Origin: an uncultured Acidobacteriota bacterium
Lineage (GTDB): Bacteria; Acidobacteriota; JAQAZP01
Direction: 5' to 3'
Assembly (NCBI GenBank): GCA_963836075.1
Contig: CAWIIB010000009.1
Span: forward strand, 704,001 to 768,000
DNA length: 64,000 nt
This document shows positions 19,297 to 29,437 of the stretch, one piece after another (positions within the stretch are counted from its first letter, which is position 1; each line of letters starts with the position of its first letter). Below the pieces are notes generated by a model. That model saw only the letters and a program-made list of their open reading frames with translations, was not told the origin of the DNA and did no database searches. A program made the position numbers and the translations under genes.

Positions 19297-22200
19297 CTAC
19301 TCGAGACGGCCCACGGCAGCGCGGCCGCCGCAGTTGATCCAGCCGTCGTAAGCAAGGAAGTCGATCCCTGAAATGGCGGAGACCGGCCCGCCGTCGAGAT
19401 TCCAGCCCTTGAGGTGGGCCAGGGCCAGGGGGTCCGGACCGGGAGCGGTGAGGACCTCGTCGATCCCGTCACCGTCCAGGTCGCCCGCGCTGACCACCGC
19501 ACCGAAGCTGGTGGGGTAGGCGAACCAGCTGGCGCCGGCCAGCGGTTGGGCGGTGCCGCCGTCCACGTTCCAGCCGCGGACGTGGGCGCCAAAGATGGAA
19601 CCCGGCCCCGGGCCGGTGACGATCTCGTCCATACCGTCCCCGTCCAGGTCACCGCAGGCCACGTTGACGCCCCACTTCAGGGTGCCGTAAGCAAAGTAGC
19701 TCACCCCGGGAATCGGAACCGTGCTCCCGCCCCCGTCATGGTTCCAGCCCCTGACGTGGGGCCCGAACACCGCGCCGGGTCCGGCGCCGGTGACGATCTC
19801 GTCCATGCCGTCCCCGTCGATGTCGCCGCAGGCCACGTTGACCCCGTACCTCAGTGTGCCGTAGGCAAAGAAACTCGTCCCGGGAATGGGAACCGTGGTC
19901 CCGCCCCCGTCGTTGTTCCAGCCGCGAACGTGGGGCCCGAACACCGCGCCGGGTCCGGCGCCGGTGACGATCTCGTCGTTCCCGTCCCCATCGATGTCAC
20001 CGCAGGCCACGTTGACCCCGTACTTCAGCGTACCGTACGCCAGGAAGTTGACCCCGGACAGTGCCTGCCCGTCAGGCCGCCAGCCGCGGACGTGGGGGCC
20101 GTAGATGTCACCGGGCCCCGCGCCGGTGATCACCTCGTCCAGCCCGCTGCCGTCCAGGTTGCCGCAGGCCACGTTGACCCCGTATCCCGAAGCCCCGTAA
20201 GCCAGCCACTGGGCCCGGGAGGTGCGCACCAGCGGCGGGCAGGTGGGACCGGGCCCGGGTCCGGTGACCAGCGAGGCCCAGGCCGGCCCGGCAGCCCAGT
20301 TTTCCACCTGGAATGTACGAACCGCCGGCGAGGGGTCCTCCACGTTACCGCTGTTTCGCGCACGGACGTAAAAGACGTGTTCGCCCGGGGCAAGGCTGCT
20401 GAATGTCGCCCTGTCCAGGCCGCTGAACTCCGACCAGTCGCCGTCGTCCAGGCGGCAGGAGAACTGCAGCGACTCCGGCGGGTCCTCGCTGTCGCTGCCG
20501 GTGAAGGTGAAGGTGAGCAGCGGGGAGTCCACCGTGCCCTGCGGCCCGGAGGTGATCGATGTGTCCGGTGTGGGCAGGGCCAGCGGGGTGTGGGGGTCGC
20601 CGATGAGGGTCAGCTCGAAGTAACACCAGCGGTTGGTCATGCTGTCCGAGGTTTCCACCAGACCCACCAGGTCGTGCTTGCTCAGCTGGTTTGCCTTGCC
20701 CACGTTGCGGTCGCCCATCTCCAGCAGCCGCTGGAAAAGCGCCCGCTGGAACTCGCCGCTGAAGAAGTTTTCCCCGGTGGGATCGAACCAGCCGTAGCGG
20801 GAGTTCATGATCACCGAGAAGGCGCCGAACTGCTCGCGGTTGACCAGTTTCTCGGCGAAGCAATCCGCGGAATCGAAGGACCCTGAATAGCAGCCGCAGC
20901 TGGACGCGAGAAACAGGCCGCTGTTGTAGAGCGAGTCCGTGTCCCAATTGTTGAGCCGCAGGCAGTAGTTGATCCAGGCGTGTCCGTCGTGGGCCACCAG
21001 GTGTGGCGAGTCGTTGAGCGCGGCGAGGCATTCCTCCGCCCCCCACTGGTCCCAGTGGTATGGCCGGTCGTCAAGCCAGGTCTTCTGGAAATCGTCGAAG
21101 TGCTCGGCCACCCGGTCGAGGTTGGCTCCGCCCTGACCGTGGTTGCCGTCATAGTTGCCCAGATATTCGCCGAGAAACAGCGCCTGGTCGTGGCGATGGT
21201 GGCCGTTGGTCTCGTAGCCGATAGTCTTGGCGACAAAATTCTCCACCTCGTCCCAGGTCTGCACCGGCGCCCGGCCGATCCAGACCTCGGCCAGCAGGTC
21301 CACGTCGCCCCCGCCGGCGCCATCGTTCGGCTCGCCCCAGATGTCGTCTCCGTCGTGGTTCCAGGGGCCGTCAAGAGCACCGAAATAGAGTTCGGTGGGG
21401 ATGTAAGCCGACTCGTATTCCTCCTCCCAGCTCTCAGCCGCCGCTCCACGGGAGAACCCGTAACATTGCCGGAAGGGGATTTCGCGTATGTCACCGCCAA
21501 GCAGTACGTATTCAACCCCCCAGTCGAGGTAGGCGTCACGGATGTACTGCCGCAGTTCGTCGGCATCATCCACGCCGTTGTAAGCAGCATAGATGTCGTC
21601 GATATCCGCGGTCTTCACCCGCAGGCCGCAGGCCTCCTTCTGTTCGATGAGCGGCTGGAAGGGGGAGAGCAGCGCCTCCGAGGTGATCAGCAGGTAGTCG
21701 TAGCCGGCGGTGGCGCCCCGGCGCCGCTCCTCCGCCGCCCGGGCATAGAGCCCGATGGCCGAAGGGTTGTCGACGAAGGCGGCCACATCGGCCGAGCGGT
21801 CACGCACCCCCAGCATGGCCGGGCCGTCCCGGTTGTCGTCCTTCGGCGAGACGGTCAGTTCCAGACGCAGCGCGGACTGGAAGACCAGCCGGCCGCTCTT
21901 CGGCCGGTACTGCACCGGGTAGAGCCGGACAATGGCGATGTCATACCCGCACCAGCGCTGCACCGAGACCAGCTCAGCTCGATCAGACGGGTATGGCTCG
22001 TCCGATCTGTAGATGGCGGCCAGCGGCCGGTCGTTTTCCGCGGCCCGGTTCAGCGCCGTCTGGCTCGAACTCAGCGGCATCGGCGTCCGGGCAAAGGCCA
22101 GCGGGTGGGCCACCTGCAGCGTTCTCGCCGGGACCGTGGGCTGAACCCGCACCCCGAGCACGTTGCTTCCGGGCGGCAGAAGAATCTTTGCCGTGCGGAA

Positions 22201-22428
22201 CGGGACCAGCGGCTCTCCGGACCGCTGGAGCACCAGGCAGTCGTCCACCCGGAGGCGGGTCTCACCCGTGGTTACCGTCATTGCTGGAGAGTTGAAGTGA
22301 TAGGCCACCGAAACAGCGCTCGTCCGCGCCACCGGCGATTGTTCGGCCGGAACGGGAGAAGATATGACGAGCAGGGCGGCCAGGACAAGGATCACATACA
22401 TGAAATGATTGCGGGACATGGCTGGCAC
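19297..22428 (-). CDS. C25 (gingipain) cysteine peptidase with propeptide, Ig-like domain and C-terminal FG-GAP-like module
   Basis: Signal peptide; YVLLGGD, VWIGRAP, catalytic HDGH and SSCGC, LIGDP; 58-aa NVACGDxDGDGxDEIVTG repeats. Confidence 0.92.
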   Translation of the reverse strand: MPAMSRNHFMYVILVLAALLVISSPVPAEQSPVARTSAVSVAYHFNSPAMTVTTGETRLRVDDCLVLQRSGEPLVPFRTAKILLPPGSNVLGVRVQPTVPARTLQVAHPLAFARTPMPLSSSQTALNRAAENDRPLAAIYRSDEPYPSDRAELVSVQRWCGYDIAIVRLYPVQYRPKSGRLVFQSALRLELTVSPKDDNRDGPAMLGVRDRSADVAAFVDNPSAIGLYARAAEERRRGATAGYDYLLITSEALLSPFQPLIEQKEACGLRVKTADIDDIYAAYNGVDDADELRQYIRDAYLDWGVEYVLLGGDIREIPFRQCYGFSRGAAAESWEEEYESAYIPTELYFGALDGPWNHDGDDIWGEPNDGAGGGDVDLLAEVWIGRAPVQTWDEVENFVAKTIGYETNGHHRHDQALFLGEYLGNYDGNHGQGGANLDRVAEHFDDFQKTWLDDRPYHWDQWGAEECLAALNDSPHLVAHDGHAWINYCLRLNNWDTDSLYNSGLFLASSCGCYSGSFDSADCFAEKLVNREQFGAFSVIMNSRYGWFDPTGENFFSGEFQRALFQRLLEMGDRNVGKANQLSKHDLVGLVETSDSMTNRWCYFELTLIGDPHTPLALPTPDTSITSGPQGTVDSPLLTFTFTGSDSEDPPESLQFSCRLDDGDWSEFSGLDRATFSSLAPGEHVFYVRARNSGNVEDPSPAVRTFQVENWAAGPAWASLVTGPGPGPTCPPLVRTSRAQWLAYGASGYGVNVACGNLDGSGLDEVITGAGPGDIYGPHVRGWRPDGQALSGVNFLAYGTLKYGVNVACGDIDGDGNDEIVTGAGPGAVFGPHVRGWNNDGGGTTVPIPGTSFFAYGTLRYGVNVACGDIDGDGMDEIVTGAGPGAVFGPHVRGWNHDGGGSTVPIPGVSYFAYGTLKWGVNVACGDLDGDGMDEIVTGPGPGSIFGAHVRGWNVDGGTAQPLAGASWFAYPTSFGAVVSAGDLDGDGIDEVLTAPGPDPLALAHLKGWNLDGGPVSAISGIDFLAYDGWINCGGRAAVGRLE

Positions 22429-22677
22429 TCCCTTTGATGAGGCGCCCGCCGGATAGCCCGGGCAGCACCGGGGAGGCAGAACCCACCCCCGATCCGGGAG
22501 CCGTCACAGCGACGCGTTCGCTCCGGCAAGGCACCAGGCAATAACCCGTAAAAAAGATTATACAACGCAGGAAATCAGTTATTTTCTGAAATATACTTCA
22601 CGCGTAGAAATGCAACAGATCCCGCCGTCGGAGACGTTTATCTGCAAGACACGCGCAGCCCTCTCAGTTCCTCCTGG

Positions 22678-23352
22678 TCAATCAACCACCGTCTCGCAGA
22701 AGGTTGACGACCCGTCCACTTCGCTGACCTCGGGCACCAGACCCAGCTGCTGCCAGAGCTGCCGGAAATCCTCGGGGCGCATATACCCGGCCTCGAAACC
22801 GTCCTGACAGACGATCATACCTTCCCGGGTGGCTTCGCGGTCGATGGTCCCGATCAGGCCGTGTGACGCCTGCCGTTCGAACCACTCCAGCCGGTGGTCC
22901 CAGAACCCCCTGGCGTAGCTGGAGAAGATCACCCGCCCCCCGGGCCGGCAGACCCGCACCGCCTCGCGGACCAGGCTCTCCCGGTCCACACCAAAGGTGG
23001 CAATCCCGTTCTGCAGGCAGAGAACCACATCGAACTGCCCGTCCCTGAAGCTCATGGACGACGCATCCATGTCAATAAATTGACACATGGCCCCCGGGCA
23101 CATGGTCTGCCGGGCCAGCTCGAGGCTCTGCGCCGCGGTGTCGATACCTACCAGGCGGCCGGCATCACTGGAGAGCCGGGCCAGCACCCGGCCATAGCCG
23201 CAGCCCAGTTCCAGGACCTCGTCGCCGGGGGAAAGCCGTGAACGGACGTGGCCGATCTCGGCTTCGAGATACTGCAGCACCCGCGGCGTGGCCAGTTCGT
23301 AGCAGTGCCGCAACCGGTGACCGGACAGGTTTTCCGCATAGTAGGAGCGCAC
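22678..23352 (-). CDS. Class I SAM-dependent methyltransferase
   Basis: VLELGCGYGR; FDVVLC; RVCRPGG. Confidence 0.88.
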   Translation of the reverse strand: MRSYYAENLSGHRLRHCYELATPRVLQYLEAEIGHVRSRLSPGDEVLELGCGYGRVLARLSSDAGRLVGIDTAAQSLELARQTMCPGAMCQFIDMDASSMSFRDGQFDVVLCLQNGIATFGVDRESLVREAVRVCRPGGRVIFSSYARGFWDHRLEWFERQASHGLIGTIDREATREGMIVCQDGFEAGYMRPEDFRQLWQQLGLVPEVSEVDGSSTFCETVVD

Positions 23353-23626
23353 TCAGAGCACCATCTTCACGCCTTCGATATTGTGCAGCTCGGCGTCGAT
23401 CCTGTTCATGGCCTCACGGGATTCCACCACGGTGGTGATGCTGTAGCTGACGTAGGTGCCGTTCTTCGACTTGCTCCCCCGGACCACCGGGGCTTCGACC
23501 CCCAATCCCATCAGCACTGTTTCGATGACAAAAGCCATCTTTTCGTGGTCCTCGGCGATCACCCGGGTACTGGCATTCCAGGGGAAACTCGAGGTTGGCT
23601 GGATCCAAAGCACAGCTGTCGTTCAT
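23353..23626 (-). CDS. DUF493/YbeD family protein; +1 frameshift near 23566
   Basis: LEFPLECQY|RVIA..SKSKNGTYVSYSI..GVKMVL once one base is removed. Confidence 0.8.
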
Positions 23627-23740
23627 GCGGCCCCCTTCCGGCTCTCCCTCCGCCACAGCTCCGGGTCCTCGACAGACGGCAGTGCGCGGCAATGAATTCA
23701 ATGATTTTACAAACAGTATCACAATCGGTGGAGACTCGGG

Positions 23741-25345
23741 TCAGTCTCCCCGGGCCTGACCGGTGGCCGTCTCCGCGACCTCCGGTGCCATCCGGTCGGC
23801 AGGAATGGAAACACTGGGCAGGAGGACGGTGAAGGTTGCGCCCTGTCCCTCGGTGCTCTCCACCTTGATGTCTCCCCCGTGCTTTTCGATGATCCCCCTG
23901 GAGACGGACAGCCCCAGTCCGGTCCCCTCGCCGGTGGCCTTGGTGGTGAAAAAGGGGTTGAAGATCGAGCCGATCAGGTGCTGCGGAATTCCGGTGCCGC
24001 TGTCGGTGAAACGGGCCGCGATGAAACCGGTCTCCTCGCCCTCTTTCGTTTCAATGCGCAGCGTCCCGCCCCCGGGCATGGCGTCGATGGCGTTGAGAAT
24101 CAGGTTGAGGAAGACCTGGTCCAGCAGCTTGCGGTCACCGTAGATCGGCGAGAGGGTCTTCTGCAGGTTCATCTCCAGTCTGATCGTCTGCATCTTTATC
24201 TGGTTCTTGGCCAGCTGGACCGTCTCGTCGATGATCTCGTTGATATAGACGTACTCATGCTCGGCTTCGCTCTGCCGGGCAAAGTCGAGCAGGTTCTGGA
24301 CGATCTTCTGCGCCCGCTCGCCCTGGGTCACCAGGTCCTCCATCATCTCGTCGATCTCCTCCCGGCTCAGATCGTCGAACCCCTCGCGCATCACATCCGC
24401 GGTGATGATGATGTTGTTCAACGGGTTGTTCAGCTCGTGGGCAATCCCGGCGGTGAGGTTGCCGATCTCGCGCAGCTTCTGCGACTCCATCAGGATCTTC
24501 TGCCGCTTGTTGATCTCGTACATCATGTGGTTCAGGGCGATGGCCAGGTTTGAGTACTCGTCCTTGTACTTGCGTTTGGGAGTGATGGGTAAAAAGTCCC
24601 CTCCGGCAAAGCGCTGGGTGGCCTCCATCAGACGGTTGAGCCGCAGCACGAGGTGGCGGTTGATGTGCACGGCAATGAAGACGAACAGAACCAGCATAAT
24701 CCCCAGCAGCAGGATGAAGATGCCGGTCATCCGTTTCAATCTCACGATCACCAGTTCCCGTTCCTTCTGCGAGATATACAGGACGCGTTCAAGGGCGATG
24801 GAGCCGTGGTAGCGGATCCGATCGGAGAGATAGGTAAACTCGTCCGATTTGCGAAACCGCTCATCGTTCCCCCTTTTTTGCATCTGTTCGGCCACTTCCG
24901 CGTACTCTCTCAGGTTGACCCGAACGCCTTCGATCTCATCCGCTCCCACCACCCGGCCAAGCTCGATGGATGCCTGGTCCAGCAGAGTGCCGGCAATGGC
25001 CAGGTGCTCCTCGATTTCAGACAGGTCGGTGTTGTAGAGGAAGAAGTTCTTCTCGATCCGCCGCACGTGCTGGATTTCATTGGACAACCGGTCGGCGATG
25101 GAAATGTAACGGATGTGGTCCTTGATCAAGGTGAACATGAATATCCCTGATGCGGCAATGGTGGCGCTGATCACGAAAATACTGAAGAGAATGAGGGCGA
25201 GCCTGGTCTTGATGGTGAAGCTGGGGCGCTCGAGGAGGGATTGCCTGATCCTGGTCTCCTCGGCGTCGATGTCTGTACTGGAAGATGTGGAACTGCTCCG
25301 GGAGGGCATGCCGGATTTCAGCTGCTCTTGATCAGAGTTTTCCAT
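23741..25345 (-). CDS. Membrane sensor histidine kinase (HAMP, HisKA, HATPase)
   Basis: Two TM helices; AHELNNPL; QVFLNLILNA; DSGTG; PFFTTK; GTGLGL. Confidence 0.95.
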   Translation of the reverse strand: MENSDQEQLKSGMPSRSSSTSSSTDIDAEETRIRQSLLERPSFTIKTRLALILFSIFVISATIAASGIFMFTLIKDHIRYISIADRLSNEIQHVRRIEKNFFLYNTDLSEIEEHLAIAGTLLDQASIELGRVVGADEIEGVRVNLREYAEVAEQMQKRGNDERFRKSDEFTYLSDRIRYHGSIALERVLYISQKERELVIVRLKRMTGIFILLLGIMLVLFVFIAVHINRHLVLRLNRLMEATQRFAGGDFLPITPKRKYKDEYSNLAIALNHMMYEINKRQKILMESQKLREIGNLTAGIAHELNNPLNNIIITADVMREGFDDLSREEIDEMMEDLVTQGERAQKIVQNLLDFARQSEAEHEYVYINEIIDETVQLAKNQIKMQTIRLEMNLQKTLSPIYGDRKLLDQVFLNLILNAIDAMPGGGTLRIETKEGEETGFIAARFTDSGTGIPQHLIGSIFNPFFTTKATGEGTGLGLSVSRGIIEKHGGDIKVESTEGQGATFTVLLPSVSIPADRMAPEVAETATGQARGD

Positions 25346-25724
25346 CTGCTTCCAGCGAGGCGGCGGCTTTGTCGATGGCCACCTTGAGGTCCTTCGGTCT
25401 GAACGGTTTGGAGATAAAGTCAAAGGCCCCCTTGGCCTGAGCTTCGCGGGCGATCTCGATGGTGGCATAACCGGTGATCATGATCACTTTCGTTCTCTCG
25501 CCTTTCTCGATCACCCGGTTGAGCACCTCCATCCCGTTGATGTTGTCCATCCGGATGTCGGTAACCACGATGTCAAATGTCTTCCCCTCGATCCGCTCAA
25601 TCGCCGAGCTGCTGTCGACAAATGTCTCCACCCGGTGCTTCGATTTCCCCAGGTACTGTTCCAGCCGCTTGCAGACCACCACCTCGTCATCGATGATGCA
25701 GATGTCCAGACCGCGTTTCGCCAT
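25332..25724 (-). CDS. Single-domain response regulator
   Basis: IIDDE, VVTDIRM, ITGY, FISKPF. Confidence 0.93.
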   Translation of the reverse strand: MAKRGLDICIIDDEVVVCKRLEQYLGKSKHRVETFVDSSSAIERIEGKTFDIVVTDIRMDNINGMEVLNRVIEKGERTKVIMITGYATIEIAREAQAKGAFDFISKPFRPKDLKVAIDKAAASLEADGKL

Positions 25725-25766
25725 CGTTCAGTTCCTTTCGTCCCAGGAGCCCTTTCGTTTGGCCGG

Positions 25767-26831
25767 CTAGGTGGATATCGAGGAGAGTGCCCGGCGGTGT
25801 CTGATGTAACCGCGTCCGACGTTGACCAGGATGATGAAGACCCCGCTGAACCCGCTGAGGTAGAGAATCGCCTTGCTGATCGAGTTGAGCGTGGGATACA
25901 GCTCCGGACCCACCAGCACGAGCAGCTTCAGCTGGGCCAGGTAAATAGGCACGGCCACGGCACGGCTGATCACGCAGAGAATGATGATCACCCCGGTGAC
26001 CAGACGGATGATCCGCTCGTTGACCACCTTGGTGCCGTAGGCGCCGATGAAGACCCCGAGAAGGGAACCAAGGTAGAGCAGCAGGACCAGCCGGATGTCG
26101 ACAAAGCCCTCCATGGCGTAGTTGATCGCGCCAAAGGCGCCCATGAACATGGCCAGGAACAGCTCGGTGCCCGCGGCCACCGCGGTGGGCACGCCAAAGA
26201 CATAGATCATCGCCGGCACCCCGAGGAACCCGCCCACACCGATGGTCCCGGCAAGGTAGCCCACCGAGAGGCCGACCAGCAGGATGACCCAGAGCGAGAT
26301 TCTCACGTCGGCCACCGGGAAGTTGATCATCGGGAAAAGCCTCATACCCGAAAGCCAGGTGGCAATCTTTTTCGACGGCCCGGTATCACCTTCCGCCCGC
26401 TTTCTCAGCGAGTCCCGCAGCATGGAGACTGAAACAAAGAAGAGGACGATGATGAAGACCAGGCTGATATAGAGGTTGGCCGCGGCCCCCGAGCCTTCAC
26501 CGTGACCGCCGCCGCTGCCGAAAAGCGAGGTTGAGATCCAGACCGCCAGCCGGATGCCGAGCAGGGCGGTGACCAGCATGAAGACACCGAGCTTCTTGTC
26601 CACGTGGCCCATCTCACCGTGCTTGCGGGACCCCACCATCGCCTTGCCGAACTTGTGGGTGATGTTCGAGCCCACCGCCACCACGCCCTGCACCCCGAGG
26701 TTCATCATTCCCGGGGTCATGAAGAAGGCCCCGCCACTGCCGATGAAACCGGAAAGCACCCCGCCGATGAAACCGAGGAGAATCACCTGAAAACAGGTGG
26801 TGAGGTCGAGCGCAATAAACAAGTCACCCAT
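25767..26831 (-). CDS. TauE/SafE family sulfite exporter
   Basis: Two glycine-rich GxGG repeats (SGFIGSGG, GTIGVGG); multiple TM helices. Confidence 0.9.
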   Translation of the reverse strand: MGDLFIALDLTTCFQVILLGFIGGVLSGFIGSGGAFFMTPGMMNLGVQGVVAVGSNITHKFGKAMVGSRKHGEMGHVDKKLGVFMLVTALLGIRLAVWISTSLFGSGGGHGEGSGAAANLYISLVFIIVLFFVSVSMLRDSLRKRAEGDTGPSKKIATWLSGMRLFPMINFPVADVRISLWVILLVGLSVGYLAGTIGVGGFLGVPAMIYVFGVPTAVAAGTELFLAMFMGAFGAINYAMEGFVDIRLVLLLYLGSLLGVFIGAYGTKVVNERIIRLVTGVIIILCVISRAVAVPIYLAQLKLLVLVGPELYPTLNSISKAILYLSGFSGVFIILVNVGRGYIRHRRALSSIST

Positions 26832-26848
26832 GTTGATTCACCCGTTGA

Positions 26849-28363
26849 TCAGTCGAACTTGAACATTTTGAGCACCGACGAGGTCACGGTGCTGTAAACC
26901 TGCGCGAAGAACGGGACGAATACGAAGACGGCCGCCGTGGCCGCGAGCCGCCACTTCAGCTCCGGCCGGGCAAGGAAGGACAGGATCTGCTCGTCGAAGC
27001 GAAAGACGGAATAGACCGACAGGCCGGTCAGGGCCGCGCAGGCCACCATCCGCACTAACTGTTTGGCCCCGAAGTGATACTTGGAGACGATCTGCTCGAT
27101 GCTCAGCACCGGGACCTTCAGCGAATCCGAAAGGGCGTTCGACCACTCGGTGGTCAGCCGCTTGCGGGTCGAGGAACCCTTGGAGAGGAAGATGCCGTCG
27201 AGGATGATCAGGCGGTAACTCGTGGCCCGGTCGATGGCGTTGAGCAGGGTTTTTCGCGACCCCTGGAGGGTCATTTTCCGGCCGGCCTTACCGTCGCCGA
27301 TCAGCCGCGCGTAGAGCCGGGATATGTCACTCCCTTCGTCCTGGAACGTCGTGTCCTCGTCGTCGATGATCCCCGTCTCGCGCCATCCGGATGACGCATC
27401 TTCGGCCGTGACCTCGACCGCCTCCTCGACCCCGCCTTCACCGTCACCCGGTGTGAACTTGACCAGCTCTACCGCGGCGTCCCAGGCGGCGGCGATTTCC
27501 ATCACCGAACGGTATGACGGGCCCTCGGGCTCGAAGGCCTCCTGGATCCAGAGGATATTGGTGGCGGCCGCGGTGCAGACCACTTCCCGCACACCCTCCA
27601 CGCCGCCGACCAGGGCCGGGATCTCGTCCACACCTTTCACCGCACCATGAGGGTAGGTGACGTGTACGACCCCATCGTCGGCCCGCACCGTGACATTGAG
27701 CCGGCGCGTCTTCTCGTCATCGGCAAGCCGCAGGCGGCACTTCGAGGCAAGCAACAGGTTGCGCAGCGCCGCCGACGTCGCCGGCGTGGGCTGGAACTCG
27801 GGAAGCTGGGCCATGGAAACCGCGGCCAGGGCCGCGTTCTGGCTGCTCATGTGGCTGAGGTTGAGCACCATGTCGTAAAGAGTGAAGACCTCCCAGTCCA
27901 CGTTGTAGAACTCGCGGACCCACAACCGCCGGTCGTCCTCGACGCTTTCGATGTATTTCTTGGCCTTCTTCCGGTCGAGGCTGAGGGTCTCGCCGACCAG
28001 GTTGATCCGCGATTCGAGGTCGAGAACCACCCGGATCTTGAGGACGTGGTCCACACCGGGCAGCAGCAGGTGTCCGGCCCGCCCGTGGTAGACGATGTCG
28101 TTCCCCAGCGCCTTTTCACAGAGCAGCGAGGTGGCCAACGCCTTGTAGTGCTCGAGCTCGGTGGAGAGGGTCTCCGACGTCTGGTGGCGCATGACGATGG
28201 CCGTTTCCAGTTTGCCGATGGGAATACGGAGCTTGTTCGCCTCTTCGAACAAGTCTTCACGGCCGATGCAGAGATAACCGAGTTTGGCCGCCAGCGCCTC
28301 GGCGAATTCTCTCCCGTGGGTCTTGCTGCCCCGGGATACGCAGATGATCTTCATCGTGAGCAT
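26849..28363 (-). CDS. Cytidylate-kinase-like + BON + USP-like + two TM fusion protein
   Basis: ICVSRGSKTHG, VYHGRAG, YDMVLN; VTVRADDGVVHV..VEGVREV; ILWI..LIILD..VPVLSI; two C-terminal helices. Confidence 0.78.
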   Translation of the reverse strand: MLTMKIICVSRGSKTHGREFAEALAAKLGYLCIGREDLFEEANKLRIPIGKLETAIVMRHQTSETLSTELEHYKALATSLLCEKALGNDIVYHGRAGHLLLPGVDHVLKIRVVLDLESRINLVGETLSLDRKKAKKYIESVEDDRRLWVREFYNVDWEVFTLYDMVLNLSHMSSQNAALAAVSMAQLPEFQPTPATSAALRNLLLASKCRLRLADDEKTRRLNVTVRADDGVVHVTYPHGAVKGVDEIPALVGGVEGVREVVCTAAATNILWIQEAFEPEGPSYRSVMEIAAAWDAAVELVKFTPGDGEGGVEEAVEVTAEDASSGWRETGIIDDEDTTFQDEGSDISRLYARLIGDGKAGRKMTLQGSRKTLLNAIDRATSYRLIILDGIFLSKGSSTRKRLTTEWSNALSDSLKVPVLSIEQIVSKYHFGAKQLVRMVACAALTGLSVYSVFRFDEQILSFLARPELKWRLAATAAVFVFVPFFAQVYSTVTSSVLKMFKFD

Positions 28364-28400
28364 TCCCCAGCCGGGTTTCCCTCGCTGCAGAGGGTGCGGC

Positions 28401-29234
28401 TCAATCGTGACCGAATACCCCGCCTCTCAACCGGTCGGAGGAGAGGGAGATGTGGGCATCGCACCTGGTGACCCCCTTTACCGACTCGGCTGTTTCGACA
28501 ATCAGGTTTTTCTGCTTGCGGCCCTTGACCAATCCGCGAATAGTGACGGCACCCCTTTGCGCCGCCACTGTGATCTTCTGGTCCCAGATCCGGTCGTCGG
28601 CGGCGATAGCGGCCCGCACCTCCGACTCGAGCAGATAATCTTCCAGGTGGCGTACCGATTTCGGGGTGGTGGCGAACTCCTCGCTTTTGGCCAGCATGAC
28701 AATCATCTCGCAGGCCGTGTCCAGAGAAATGTTGCCGAGGTTGGCGACAAAGTCGTAAAGCGCCGGGTCGTACCAGTCCTTGTCATGGAGAAACTTGACC
28801 CAGCGGCGCCGTTCCTCATCGACTTTGAGCAGGGCCGCGGCAGCCTCCTCCCGCGAGAGACCGGATTCGTCCATCATGTTCTGGGTCCGCAGGTCGAGGG
28901 GGGCTTCCAGCCGGACTTTCAGCACGTGCCGAATCCCGTCCAGGTAGAGCGGGCCGGCGTAGCCGTGATAGATGATGTTGTCCTGCAGAGCGGCTTCGAT
29001 CAGGGAGCACTTGACATAGATCAGGTAGCGGCTGTGCTCCTGGGTCATCCGATGCCAAAGGCTGGGGGCCTCGGTCAGTTTCTGGTAGAGGTCCTCCTCC
29101 ATGATGTTGTATTTCCTGGCGCAGGAGGAGATAACTTCCCGGCTCATGCACTTGTAGCCCAGGCGTTTCTCCAGCTCGTGGGCCAGCATTTCCCCACCGC
29201 TCTTCATCCCCCGGCTGATGGTGATGATGGCCAT
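28401..29234 (-). CDS. Cytidylate-kinase-like protein with C-terminal BON domain
   Basis: IITISRGMKSGG, IYHGYAG, DPALYDFVAN; ITVAAQRGAVTIRG..VKGV. Confidence 0.85.
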   Translation of the reverse strand: MAIITISRGMKSGGEMLAHELEKRLGYKCMSREVISSCARKYNIMEEDLYQKLTEAPSLWHRMTQEHSRYLIYVKCSLIEAALQDNIIYHGYAGPLYLDGIRHVLKVRLEAPLDLRTQNMMDESGLSREEAAAALLKVDEERRRWVKFLHDKDWYDPALYDFVANLGNISLDTACEMIVMLAKSEEFATTPKSVRHLEDYLLESEVRAAIAADDRIWDQKITVAAQRGAVTIRGLVKGRKQKNLIVETAESVKGVTRCDAHISLSSDRLRGGVFGHD

Positions 29235-29408
29235 GGAACCCTCCAATCCTGGGTGGATAGAACTGTAGGTCATTCCGGCTGAAGGTGAGAACGCGAACTG
29301 GAGACGGAACAGGTCCGGATCGAACGCCCGCGGGAAGCGCAGGATATTCGACCGAAACTTGTCAGAAGTCGTTGGAGCCTGAACGAGTCACGAGCGCCGG
29401 TTACTTTA

Positions 29409-29437
29409 ACAATAGGCGTTTTTATTCGCCGGGTCAA
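29409..29437 (-). promoter_or_regulatory. sigma70-type promoter for the CMK/TauE operon
   Basis: Minus strand TTGACC-N17-TATTGT. Confidence 0.5.

Noticed and set aside
19400-20200. 174-bp periodic repeats as a CRISPR array or DGR template/variable repeat
   Set aside because: In-frame 58-aa coding repeats with no spacers; no cas or reverse transcriptase gene
22430-22545. Riboswitch in the GC-rich gingipain leader
   Set aside because: No recognisable aptamer consensus by eye; an Rfam/Infernal scan would be needed
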